A stretch of 29,085 nt of DNA from a virus (lineage: Duplodnaviria; Caudoviricetes), in IMG/VR virus record IMGVR_UViG_3300046001_005431, positions 1 through 29,085 of that record; one strand, given 5' to 3'. The notes under the pieces are model-generated. The model was not told the DNA's origin. It was given only the letters and a program-made list of their open reading frames with translations, and searched no databases. Numbering within the stretch: position 1 is the first letter of the stretch; the number at the start of each line of letters is the position of its first letter. The position numbers were made by a program, and so were the translations under genes. Below, in pieces: positions 8,020 to 16,634 of this stretch.

Positions 8020-8619
8020 ATGGAGATGCTTACGAATAACATAAACCTCATAGACCTCGGTGTATCGAGCCTTGTAACACTACTTGGAGTGTTTCTCTCG
8101 TGGTTACTAAAATACAAGTACGGTGAATACAAACACAAGAAAGTAACCAGAGAAATTTCACAGTCGAAACTCATACAGACTATACTCGAACAACAATTGA
8201 ATGAGTATGGATGCCAACGTGCGTTTATACTCCAACGTCATAACGGTGGTAAATTCAAAACAGGTCGGTCTATGAACAAACTCTCAACCACCTATGAGGC
8301 ATTGGAAGAGGGTGTGAGTACAGAGTACAAGGAGTATCAGAATCTTCAGACAACTCTTTACTCCTCGTTACTCGAATCCGTTCTAAGCGAACGAGCGATT
8401 TTTCCAAATGTAGATGCTATAGATGATATTCTAACAAGAGCCTTCTTCACACAACGTGGAACGAAGTCTGCGGTTATTTATCCAATCATGCGTGGTTCTG
8501 AGTTGATGGGTATGGTTGGGTTTGAATGGACACATAAAACAAAAAACATGGAGAGTTCTTTTGTTGAACTAAAACAGGACGGTAAGGTTATAGGGGAGAC
8601 ACTTTCTAAACTATTGTAG
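8020..8619 (+). CDS. N-terminal transmembrane + GAF-like domain protein (candidate T4 gpT-type holin)
   Basis: Single hydrophobic helix LGVSSLVTLLGVFLSWLL, then GAF-like pattern (YGCQRAFILQ...RGTKSAVIYPIMRGSELMGMVGFEW). Confidence 0.6.
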   Translation: MEMLTNNINLIDLGVSSLVTLLGVFLSWLLKYKYGEYKHKKVTREISQSKLIQTILEQQLNEYGCQRAFILQRHNGGKFKTGRSMNKLSTTYEALEEGVSTEYKEYQNLQTTLYSSLLESVLSERAIFPNVDAIDDILTRAFFTQRGTKSAVIYPIMRGSELMGMVGFEWTHKTKNMESSFVELKQDGKVIGETLSKLL

Positions 8620-8627
8620 GAGAGATT

Positions 8628-9362
8628 ATGAACAAGGGTGAATTCATTGAAGTCAATTTTGATGAGACAGAAATCTCGGGTATAGACGTAACAGGAATAA
8701 AGAAAGGACGAAAACAGTTGAAGAACAAAATACAATTCAATCTCTCTCTGAATGAAGAACAAAAACAGGTAAAGGCTAGAATTCTAAACGATACGATTTC
8801 AGTTTTGACAGGAAAAGCCGGCTCTGGAAAAACACTATTAGCAACACAGATTGCACTTGAGTACCTATTCTATCGTGAGGTGGAACGTATCATTATCACG
8901 AGACCAACCGTCTCTAATGAAGACATTGGGTTTCTTCCCGGTAATATCAAAGAAAAAATGGATCCTTGGTTGGCACCGATTCATGCAAATATGTATATGC
9001 TGTACGGTAAACCAAAGATAGACAAGTACATCAATGACAATACAATTGAGATTGCTCCTATCTCTTTCCTCCGCGGTAGAACGTTTGTTAGTGCTTGTGT
9101 CATTGTAGACGAGACACAGAATGTAACAAAATCACAGATGGAGATGATACTCTCACGTTTGGGGGTAAACTCAAAGATGATTTTGACGGGAGATGTATCA
9201 CAGAGCGACTTGAAAAACAAGAAAGACTCAGGATTTCCATACTTATTTAATATGGCTGGAAAGATAGATGGGTTTGGTTCTTATGAGTTGAAGACTAATC
9301 ATCGTCATCCTATAGTTGACAACATATTGAACTTTTTCGAAGACATGAAACAAGAGAAGTAA
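8628..9362 (+). CDS. phoH: PhoH-family ATPase
   Basis: Walker A GKAGSGKT, ITRP, GFLPG, LRGRT, VDETQN, TGD..QSDL, RHPIV. Confidence 0.95.
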   Translation: MNKGEFIEVNFDETEISGIDVTGIKKGRKQLKNKIQFNLSLNEEQKQVKARILNDTISVLTGKAGSGKTLLATQIALEYLFYREVERIIITRPTVSNEDIGFLPGNIKEKMDPWLAPIHANMYMLYGKPKIDKYINDNTIEIAPISFLRGRTFVSACVIVDETQNVTKSQMEMILSRLGVNSKMILTGDVSQSDLKNKKDSGFPYLFNMAGKIDGFGSYELKTNHRHPIVDNILNFFEDMKQEK

Positions 9363-10493
9363 ATGATAGAGATTCCTATATGGCCGGGGTCATCGAGTTT
9401 TACTACGGGAAGTACTCCCTTTGGAACATTCGATTCAGACTTACTATTTCAAAACGATATAGACCGGTTTTCTGATTGGTGTGGAAAGCGTATGGGGTAT
9501 CCTATCGTTGACATCGAGTTACAGGATGTCAACTTTTATGCCTGTTTTGAGGAAGCTGTGTATGAGTATTCATACCACGTCAATCAATTCAACATACAAC
9601 AGAACCTACTGAGTTTGATCGGTTCACCTACTGCATCAAATCTTACACATAGAAACATATCCTCCAATATGGGAGGGGTCGTGCAGATTGCAAGTGAGTA
9701 TGGTTCTGAGACGTTCACAAATGGTAATGTCAACTTTTACACTGCATCAATTGATATTACAACGGCAACACAGACGTACAATCTTGATAGACTTATACGT
9801 GATGTACACAATCCAAGTAGTTCTATTGAGATAAAGAAAGTTCATCACTATGCACCACCGGCATCTATTCGTTTCTATGACCCATACTTGGGTAATCAGG
9901 CGATGTTAGATACATTCGGATTCGGTGCTTATTCAACTGGTGTATCATTCATGTTGATGCCTATGTATGCAGACTTACTTCGTATTCAGGCAATTGAGTT
10001 CAATGATTTGATGAGAAAGTCATCATATTCATTTGAGCTCATCAACAACCAACTCCGTATCTTCCCAAAACCTGTTCGTGATTTCAAACTTTGGATCGAT
10101 TACATCGTAAAGGAAGAGCGTTCAAATCCATTGAAGTATCCAAATGGAACTGTCTCTGATATGTCAAATGCACCATATGATTATATGGTCTATTCACAGA
10201 TCAATTCTGCCGGTAAGACTTGGATATATTCTTTTGGTCTTGCACTTGCAAAGGAGATGTTGGGATATGTCCGTGGTAAGTATGGAAGTATTCCAATTCC
10301 AAATGGAGAAACATCTCTAAACGCCGCTGATTTGTTGAGTGCAGCTACAGCCGAAAAACAAGCTTTGGTAGAACAACTACGAACTATGTTAGACACGATG
10401 ACCCGTCCTAAGTTATTAGAGGCAAAAAGACTCGAGACAGAGGCACTAAATGCCTCTCTCAACGGAACACCACTCAGAATATACGTAGGATAA
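9363..10493 (+). CDS. Neck protein, T4 gp13-like
   Basis: RMGYPIVDIEL...EEAVYEY N-terminal motif and W...LALAKEMLG..RGKY..IP.PNG...LN C-terminal motif; ends PLRIYVG; position before gp14/15-like genes. Confidence 0.82.
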   Translation: MIEIPIWPGSSSFTTGSTPFGTFDSDLLFQNDIDRFSDWCGKRMGYPIVDIELQDVNFYACFEEAVYEYSYHVNQFNIQQNLLSLIGSPTASNLTHRNISSNMGGVVQIASEYGSETFTNGNVNFYTASIDITTATQTYNLDRLIRDVHNPSSSIEIKKVHHYAPPASIRFYDPYLGNQAMLDTFGFGAYSTGVSFMLMPMYADLLRIQAIEFNDLMRKSSYSFELINNQLRIFPKPVRDFKLWIDYIVKEERSNPLKYPNGTVSDMSNAPYDYMVYSQINSAGKTWIYSFGLALAKEMLGYVRGKYGSIPIPNGETSLNAADLLSAATAEKQALVEQLRTMLDTMTRPKLLEAKRLETEALNASLNGTPLRIYVG

Positions 10494-10497
10494 ACGG

Positions 10498-11025
10498 ATG
10501 CCACTATTTCATGGACAACGGGATGCTGGTTTAGTACATAAGTTCAACATGGAACTTATCGTTGACATCATTGATACCGAGGTTGGTCTCTATAAGTTAT
10601 CGTTACAAGACACAAAAACTAACATCTATGATGAATCTGATAAGAAGATATACCACACACCTATAAAGATACCATCACTTATCAATCGCCAACCACAGAC
10701 TTTTGAAGGAACGGAATTTGGACAAGATTACACTCAAGTCTGTGACTTTGGATTCATACGTGAGATACTAAAAGACTATGAGACTTATGTTGAGGTGGGT
10801 GATGTTATAGAATACAACGGTGAATATTGGGAGATAGATGCCATCCAAGAGAATCAATACTTCGGTGGTAAGAATCCAGATTACTCCTTCGCGACCGAAA
10901 GATGGGGACATAACGTTTCTATCATAGCAAATACACACTTGACAAGACGTTCTCGTATCCATGTGGAAGAGATACGGTCAGCCCCAAGAATCAATGAAAC
11001 CAATGATTTACCGGATAACATCTAA
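10498..11025 (+). CDS. Neck/head-completion protein, T4 gp14-like
   Basis: Synteny after gp13-like gene; TNIYDES and EVGDVIEYNGEYWEI beta-barrel motif of head-closure proteins. Confidence 0.7.
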   Translation: MPLFHGQRDAGLVHKFNMELIVDIIDTEVGLYKLSLQDTKTNIYDESDKKIYHTPIKIPSLINRQPQTFEGTEFGQDYTQVCDFGFIREILKDYETYVEVGDVIEYNGEYWEIDAIQENQYFGGKNPDYSFATERWGHNVSIIANTHLTRRSRIHVEEIRSAPRINETNDLPDNI

Positions 11026-12026
11026 TGCCACAAAACTCGTCTCCATATAGAAAAGCACCACTGAAAAGAACACGGGATTCTTTTATAGATGACAATAACT
11101 CGGTTCAGAATCCACGTATAGACTATGGTCGTGGACGTGGGACACAAATACGTCGTGACCAAGATAAGATGAGAAACATTGGGGTCACCCTTTACGATAT
11201 TGACTTTGCGGTGAAATCCTTCGTCGAACAGACTATGCAACTAAAGGTAGAAGACAACGGTGAAACTGTTCCCGTTACAACAATCTATGCTAATGCAGAG
11301 AAGTGGGCATCAATACAACGCAATGGACATCTGAAGGATAAAAAAGGAAAGACACTTGTACCACTCATCACATTTCGTCGTTCAAATGTAGCGATGAAAA
11401 ACGAAATGAGAAGAAATAAGGTTGCTAATACGAATCAATTATCGTATATTATGCAACCGAAGTATAATAGAAAGTCTCCATATGACAAGTGGTCAACGTT
11501 GTATGGTAATGCAGATAAGAGACCTTTTGAGTATTTTGTTACACCTATACCTGATTACGTTGATGTCTCGTATGACTTTATCGTTTGGTGTGAGTACCAA
11601 AATCAACTCAATTATCTAATAGAACAGTTCGTTTATTTCGCCGGACAATCTTTTGGTGAAAGGAACTTTTTCAAGTTTTCAACAAACACGGATTCATTCG
11701 CATTAGAAGACAGTAATACTACGGGACAGGATAGATTAGTAAGGGCTTCATTTCAGTTGATTGTTCACGGTTATCTGTTACCAAAGACGGTTGCTGCTCA
11801 AAATACAACAAAGCGAGTTGTTTCTGCAAACAAAATACAGTTTGTCTCTGAGGCATTCAGAAGTATAGACGGTGTTATGAGTGACCTAGCTGGTCAAGGT
11901 ACCGGGTTCAAGAATCTGAACGACGTTGATAATACGAATGTGGATGAGTTGAGTAGAAGACTCAATGATTTCACGGAAATTTCTCTTCGCAACAGCCCAG
12001 ACGTGTATCCTACGGAAAATGATTGA
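11025..12026 (+). CDS. Tail terminator/sheath stabiliser, T4 gp15-like
   Basis: Synteny; VPV..IYANAEKW, PLITFRR, PDYVDVSYDF..W..YQNQLN.LIEQ pattern resembles gp15 family; TAATG coupling with the upstream gene. Confidence 0.7.
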   Translation: MPQNSSPYRKAPLKRTRDSFIDDNNSVQNPRIDYGRGRGTQIRRDQDKMRNIGVTLYDIDFAVKSFVEQTMQLKVEDNGETVPVTTIYANAEKWASIQRNGHLKDKKGKTLVPLITFRRSNVAMKNEMRRNKVANTNQLSYIMQPKYNRKSPYDKWSTLYGNADKRPFEYFVTPIPDYVDVSYDFIVWCEYQNQLNYLIEQFVYFAGQSFGERNFFKFSTNTDSFALEDSNTTGQDRLVRASFQLIVHGYLLPKTVAAQNTTKRVVSANKIQFVSEAFRSIDGVMSDLAGQGTGFKNLNDVDNTNVDELSRRLNDFTEISLRNSPDVYPTEND

Positions 12027-12033
12027 TATTTAT
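12025..12033 (+). promoter_or_regulatory. Putative late promoter motif GATATTTAT
   Basis: Overlaps stop of upstream gene; 35 nt before ATG 12069. Confidence 0.65.
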
Positions 12034-12068
12034 CGGTATACTTGTTTCAATAAACTAAAGAGGTTTTT

Positions 12069-12353
12069 ATGTCAGACAACGTGGCAAAAGAATTCCAAAC
12101 GGAAGACATTCAGGTAGTGAAAGATTTACAATCTCGCTACGCAACAAACACAGCACAAATCGGTCAAGTCGAAGTTGAACTTCATCTCTTGAGAAAGAGA
12201 CTCACGCAAATCGAAGACTTACGTAAGAGCTTATTTACTACATATGATGAACTTCAAGCCGAAGAGAAGAAGCTTGTTGCATCATTGAACGAAAAATACG
12301 GCGACGGAGTTTTAGACTTGGACTCAGGTAAATTTATACCATCTACTCAATAA
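12069..12353 (+). CDS. Small coiled-coil hypothetical protein
   Basis: 94 aa, GAGG RBS, heptad pattern, C-terminal LNEKYGDGVLDLDSGKFIP. Confidence 0.75.
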   Translation: MSDNVAKEFQTEDIQVVKDLQSRYATNTAQIGQVEVELHLLRKRLTQIEDLRKSLFTTYDELQAEEKKLVASLNEKYGDGVLDLDSGKFIPSTQ

Positions 12354-12370
12354 GTTTGGGGGTTTTCACC

Positions 12371-12380
12371 CATATTTATA
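12371..12380 (+). promoter_or_regulatory. Putative late promoter motif CATATTTATA (sheath)
   Basis: 35 nt upstream of GTG 12416. Confidence 0.7.
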
Positions 12381-12415
12381 GAAGAGATAATTACACAATT
12401 TTTTGGAGATAAATA

Positions 12416-14851
12416 GTGGCTAATGAAAGAATTGTAAGTCCTGGCGTGTTTACGGTCGAGAAGGATCTTTCGTTTCTACCACAGGGAATCGCACAGATTG
12501 GTGCAGCACTTATCGGCCCAACAATGAAGGGGCCGGCTTTTGTTCCTACGGTAGTTCAAGGATATAATGACTTCGTAACACATTTTGGTGGAACGTATGA
12601 GCAGTCATACCTTCCATATACAGCTAAAAGCTACCTAAACAATGCGGGTAGTGCAACAATCGTTCGTGTCCTCGGTTCAGGTGGATACGAATTGAAGCAT
12701 CCTATCGCTCTTGTTGCAACAGGTAGTTGGGGTAAGAAATTGATTTCTTTCCTCCACCCTACATTTGTTGTAACGAGTGGTGATTCAACAAGTTTGTTTG
12801 CGGATTCAACACTGTCAGCGAATAAGAGTGGTAGTTTTGTTCTAACAGTTGCCGGTGACTTTGCAACCGATACATCAGCATTTACAAATGCAATAAACGA
12901 AGATGGTGTTCCTTTCAGTGCCTCTATCAATCCTGAGTCAACTGCATATATTGGTGACCTTTACGGTTACAACCCATATGGAACTCATGCTGTTTACAAC
13001 TACGTAAACTTCAGATACCAAGCATCTTCTTCATTGTCACTTGACCCAGCAACAACTGTACTGATTGAAACCGGTTCAACATCATCACCGTGGAACTTCC
13101 TACAAGATTATTCTGAGGCGTCAACTCCTTGGGTTACATCACAGAAGGTTGGAAACATAACACAAGATCTTTTCCGTTTCCACACACTTTCTCACGGTAT
13201 TCATGCTAACTACGAAGTAAAGGTTGGTATTGCAAACATCCGTCCAGCTGGAACAATCGCTGGTTCTGAGTATGGTGACTTCGATGTTCTTGTTCGTTTT
13301 GTGGATCAATCAAAACTTCCACAGACACCGTTCAACACAGAAGATGATGATCTTCGTCCAAACGTCGTAGAACAGTTCAAAGTTAGTCTTGACCCGAACT
13401 CACCTAAGTATATCGCACGTGTAATTGGTGATCGTTACATCACAATCACAGATGAAGGTAAGGTTGTTGTAAATGGTGATTACTCGAACAAGTCGAAGTA
13501 TATCCGTGTAGAGACAACTGAAGCAGTAACAAATGGTGGTGTTACACCAACACTTGTTCCTTTTGGATTCCGTGCTCCTAAGACACCGATACCAGAACAG
13601 TTCACACAACCAGCTGTTGTAACATATAAGGCAAACCAAATCACAGGTGGTTCATACAACCGTCGTGTATATTACGGATTTGATTATGATTTTGCGTCGA
13701 ATGATAACTTCAATTATCTACGTCCACTTCCTGCCTCGGGTGTAACAACTGGCTCAAATGTAGACTTCTATCTTGGTGATTACGAACAGGCCGCTGGCGC
13801 TAGATTCCCAGCTGCAGCAACATCATATAGTGCCTCAATTGACTTGACATCAAACACTGCCCTCGATACACGTAAGTTTATGCTTCCGTTCCAAGGTGGA
13901 TTTGATGGACACAAGCCAAACCTTCAGAAGAAGACAGGTACATATATGTTGTCAGGAAACACACAGGGATTTGACATCTCAACGACTTCAGCCGATGGAT
14001 ATGATTCATACAAGAAGGCAATTGATGCTGTATCTAACCCTGATGAATTTGACATCAACATGATTGTGACACCGGGTGTTGTTCACTCACTCCACTCACC
14101 TATTACAACATACGCGAAGGATGTTTGCGAAGACCGTGGTGATGCTTTCTATGTGATGGATTTGGTTGGTATCAATGAAAATATTGCTGCTGCTAAATCA
14201 ACAACAGAAGGATTCGATTCAAATTATGCCGCTACATACTATCCTTGGGTCAAGATTCTTGACTTCGATAGAAACAAGCCAATTTGGGTTCCACCTTCAG
14301 TTGTTCTTCCTGGTGTTATCGCTTTCAACGACCGTGTTGCTGCTGAATGGTTCGCTCCTGCTGGTTTGAATCGTGGTGGTCTCACAGAAGTTATTGAAGT
14401 GAAGACACGTCTGACACACGCTGAACGTGATGAACTTTATGAATCACGTATCAACCCAATCGCAGTATTCCCATCAACAGGAGTATGTGTATGGGGTCAG
14501 AAGACACTTCAAGGTCGTCCATCTGCTCTTGACCGTATCAATGTTCGTCGTCTCTTGATTGCAGCTAAGAAGTTCATCGCATCCGCTACACGTTACCTTG
14601 TGTTCGAACAAAACACAACACAAACACGTACACGCTTCCTGAACATTGTTACTCCATATCTTGAGTCAATCCAACAACGTCAAGGTCTTTATGCCTTCCG
14701 TGTTATCATGGACGAGTCGAACAATACACCTGACATCATCGACCGTAACATCCTGTATGGTCAGTTGTTCCTACAACCGGCTAAGACTGCTGAATTCATC
14801 ATTCTTGACTTCAACATTCAATCAACAGGTGCGGCATTCCCTGGTGCCTAA
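12416..14851 (+). CDS. gp18: Contractile tail sheath protein, T4 gp18-like
   Basis: SPGVFTVEKDLS N-terminus, YYPWVK, WFAPAGLNRG, INPI..FP..G..VWGQKT, DRINVRRL, P.KTAEFI; GTG start with GGAG RBS. Confidence 0.96.
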   Translation: MANERIVSPGVFTVEKDLSFLPQGIAQIGAALIGPTMKGPAFVPTVVQGYNDFVTHFGGTYEQSYLPYTAKSYLNNAGSATIVRVLGSGGYELKHPIALVATGSWGKKLISFLHPTFVVTSGDSTSLFADSTLSANKSGSFVLTVAGDFATDTSAFTNAINEDGVPFSASINPESTAYIGDLYGYNPYGTHAVYNYVNFRYQASSSLSLDPATTVLIETGSTSSPWNFLQDYSEASTPWVTSQKVGNITQDLFRFHTLSHGIHANYEVKVGIANIRPAGTIAGSEYGDFDVLVRFVDQSKLPQTPFNTEDDDLRPNVVEQFKVSLDPNSPKYIARVIGDRYITITDEGKVVVNGDYSNKSKYIRVETTEAVTNGGVTPTLVPFGFRAPKTPIPEQFTQPAVVTYKANQITGGSYNRRVYYGFDYDFASNDNFNYLRPLPASGVTTGSNVDFYLGDYEQAAGARFPAAATSYSASIDLTSNTALDTRKFMLPFQGGFDGHKPNLQKKTGTYMLSGNTQGFDISTTSADGYDSYKKAIDAVSNPDEFDINMIVTPGVVHSLHSPITTYAKDVCEDRGDAFYVMDLVGINENIAAAKSTTEGFDSNYAATYYPWVKILDFDRNKPIWVPPSVVLPGVIAFNDRVAAEWFAPAGLNRGGLTEVIEVKTRLTHAERDELYESRINPIAVFPSTGVCVWGQKTLQGRPSALDRINVRRLLIAAKKFIASATRYLVFEQNTTQTRTRFLNIVTPYLESIQQRQGLYAFRVIMDESNNTPDIIDRNILYGQLFLQPAKTAEFIILDFNIQSTGAAFPGA

Positions 14852-14860
14852 TGAAATAAA

Positions 14861-14890
14861 TGGGGAGTCCTAACGGGCTCCCCAATTTTT
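14861..14890 (+). terminator. Rho-independent terminator after sheath
   Basis: TGGGGAGTCC-TAAC-GGGCTCCCCA (10-bp stem, one G:U) followed by ATTTTT. Confidence 0.85.
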
Positions 14891-14906
14891 ACAAAAGGAA
14901 ATACAA

Positions 14907-15374
14907 ATGAAACTATCATCGAGAAGACAATTACTAAAAGAAGCCGAGGAAGAACTTGGTAAGATGAAGGAAGAGTCAACACTCAACGAGTCTGAAACAA
15001 ACTTCCTAGTTGATAGACTACGTGCAGATACCGGCAACTATAAGAAATTTGATAAGCGTTACACTGATATGATAAATGTAGAAGGAAAGAAAATGAGTGT
15101 AGCCATAACGGCAAAGGTTCCTGTATCATTATACTATGACATCGAACACGAAGAAGTGCGTTATGACATATCAGAAGACACGGGTACAAATTATCCTATC
15201 CTTGAAAAAGAAGTGATGAAGAATCCTCAGTTCAAAACTGAAATGAAACGTTACTCTGATATGGCAAAGACATTTATGAAGGATTGTCAGACTTGGATTA
15301 GAGATACTGCTAAGAAACACAACATCTCAATCAGTAGACCGGATGCGGAACGTATTATGTGGAATCTATTCTGA
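14907..15374 (+). CDS. Hypothetical protein with MKLSSRRQLLKE leader
   Basis: 155-aa ORF between sheath and tube, AAGGA RBS; leader shared with 16021..16587. Confidence 0.75.
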   Translation: MKLSSRRQLLKEAEEELGKMKEESTLNESETNFLVDRLRADTGNYKKFDKRYTDMINVEGKKMSVAITAKVPVSLYYDIEHEEVRYDISEDTGTNYPILEKEVMKNPQFKTEMKRYSDMAKTFMKDCQTWIRDTAKKHNISISRPDAERIMWNLF

Positions 15375-15391
15375 TGTTTTTTTCTGGCAAC

Positions 15392-15400
15392 CATATTTAT
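15392..15400 (+). promoter_or_regulatory. Putative late promoter motif CATATTTAT (tube)
   Basis: 33 nt upstream of ATG 15434. Confidence 0.7.
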
Positions 15401-15433
15401 GTGAAAGAGAGATTTTCAAACTTGGAGAAATAA

Positions 15434-15922
15434 ATGGCTGAATTACTCGATCCTACCGAAGTATTTTTTACCCCATATGAACCTAAACTTGCGAATAGGT
15501 TTATCATGTACATTGAAGGCGTTCCTGCTTACCTTATCAAGGGTGCGAGCAGACCAAATATCAACTTCAACCCAATCACACTTGACCACATCAACGTCAA
15601 GCGTAAAGTAAAGGGTAAGGGTGAATGGCAGGACGTGACTATCAAGCTATATGACCCGATTGTTCCATCTGCTGCACAAGCAGTTATGGAGTGGGTTCGT
15701 CTATCACACGAGTCTGTAACAGGTCGTGATGGTTATTCGGACTTCTACAAGAAGGACATTACTTTCAACGTTCTCGGCCCGGTTGGTGATAAGGTCGAAG
15801 AATGGACTCTGAAGGGTGCTTTCATTACAGCAACAACATTTGGTGATATGGATTGGTCAACGGATAACTTCGTTGAAATTTCACTCACCCTTGCTTATGA
15901 TTACGCTATACTTCAATACTAA
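15434..15922 (+). CDS. gp19: Tail tube protein, T4 gp19-like
   Basis: 162 aa; NRF, K.KGKGEWQDVTI.LYD, W.L.GAF.....GDMDWS...VEISLTLAYDY pattern; follows sheath. Confidence 0.9.
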   Translation: MAELLDPTEVFFTPYEPKLANRFIMYIEGVPAYLIKGASRPNINFNPITLDHINVKRKVKGKGEWQDVTIKLYDPIVPSAAQAVMEWVRLSHESVTGRDGYSDFYKKDITFNVLGPVGDKVEEWTLKGAFITATTFGDMDWSTDNFVEISLTLAYDYAILQY

Positions 15923-15941
15923 TCTTTGAAGTCAACATTTT

Positions 15942-15981
15942 TATGGGTACGTTGGGTTTTTCTCGACGTGCCCATATTTAT
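15942..15981 (+). promoter_or_regulatory. Long G:U-containing hairpin overlapping a CATATTTAT motif
   Basis: TATGGGTACGTTGGG-TTTTT-CTCGACGTGCCCATA pairs over 15 bp with three G:U pairs; motif at 15973-15981. Confidence 0.7.
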
Positions 15982-16020
15982 TACTATAGGTAACGGTATC
16001 ATTCAACTGAGGTAGAATCA

Positions 16021-16587
16021 ATGCAACTATCAAGTAGAAAAGAACTCTTAGAAGAGTCTGAAAAAACACTAAGAGGTATTCGTAAGAAACTTCATGAAGC
16101 AGTGCTTCCTTTTGAGCAAATCGAAGAAAAGATAGAACGATATGCAGAACTTTCAGGTGAAATAGATCAAGTTACGGCTCACCTCAATAAACTCAAAACT
16201 GAATATAACGATCTAAATGATGAACTACTCCCTCTTATGGAAGAAGTACAGGCACTTGGACAAAAGGCAATTGAGACGAAGAAGTTCTTATTGACCATAA
16301 AGCGAAGTGCTTATGAAAGAACGAATACCAGTTACAAGCAGGCATTTGATTTGGCACTAACGAAGGTGAATCAGAAGATAAAAGACATTCTCAATGAGAC
16401 ACTCGAGAGCACAAAAACTATCACAAAGGTAAGTGCTTCACTTGGTGTTCAACGTGTTGGTGAAGGAACTTTGTTTGGTACTATAAAGGATAAGATCAAA
16501 GCTCTATTCGCTGGACTGAAGACTAAATTCAAGGGTGCCAATAGGGATGTAAGTGATCTGAAAACACTTGCAAAAAAGATTCAGTAA
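16021..16587 (+). CDS. Hypothetical coiled-coil protein with MQLSSRKELLEE leader
   Basis: 188 aa, GAGGT RBS, own promoter motif; leader shared with 14907..15374. Confidence 0.75.
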   Translation: MQLSSRKELLEESEKTLRGIRKKLHEAVLPFEQIEEKIERYAELSGEIDQVTAHLNKLKTEYNDLNDELLPLMEEVQALGQKAIETKKFLLTIKRSAYERTNTSYKQAFDLALTKVNQKIKDILNETLESTKTITKVSASLGVQRVGEGTLFGTIKDKIKALFAGLKTKFKGANRDVSDLKTLAKKIQ

Positions 16588-16634
16588 TAGCTCGAATTAC
16601 AATAACATTGTTTCATTAGTAACAGGATTTAGTT

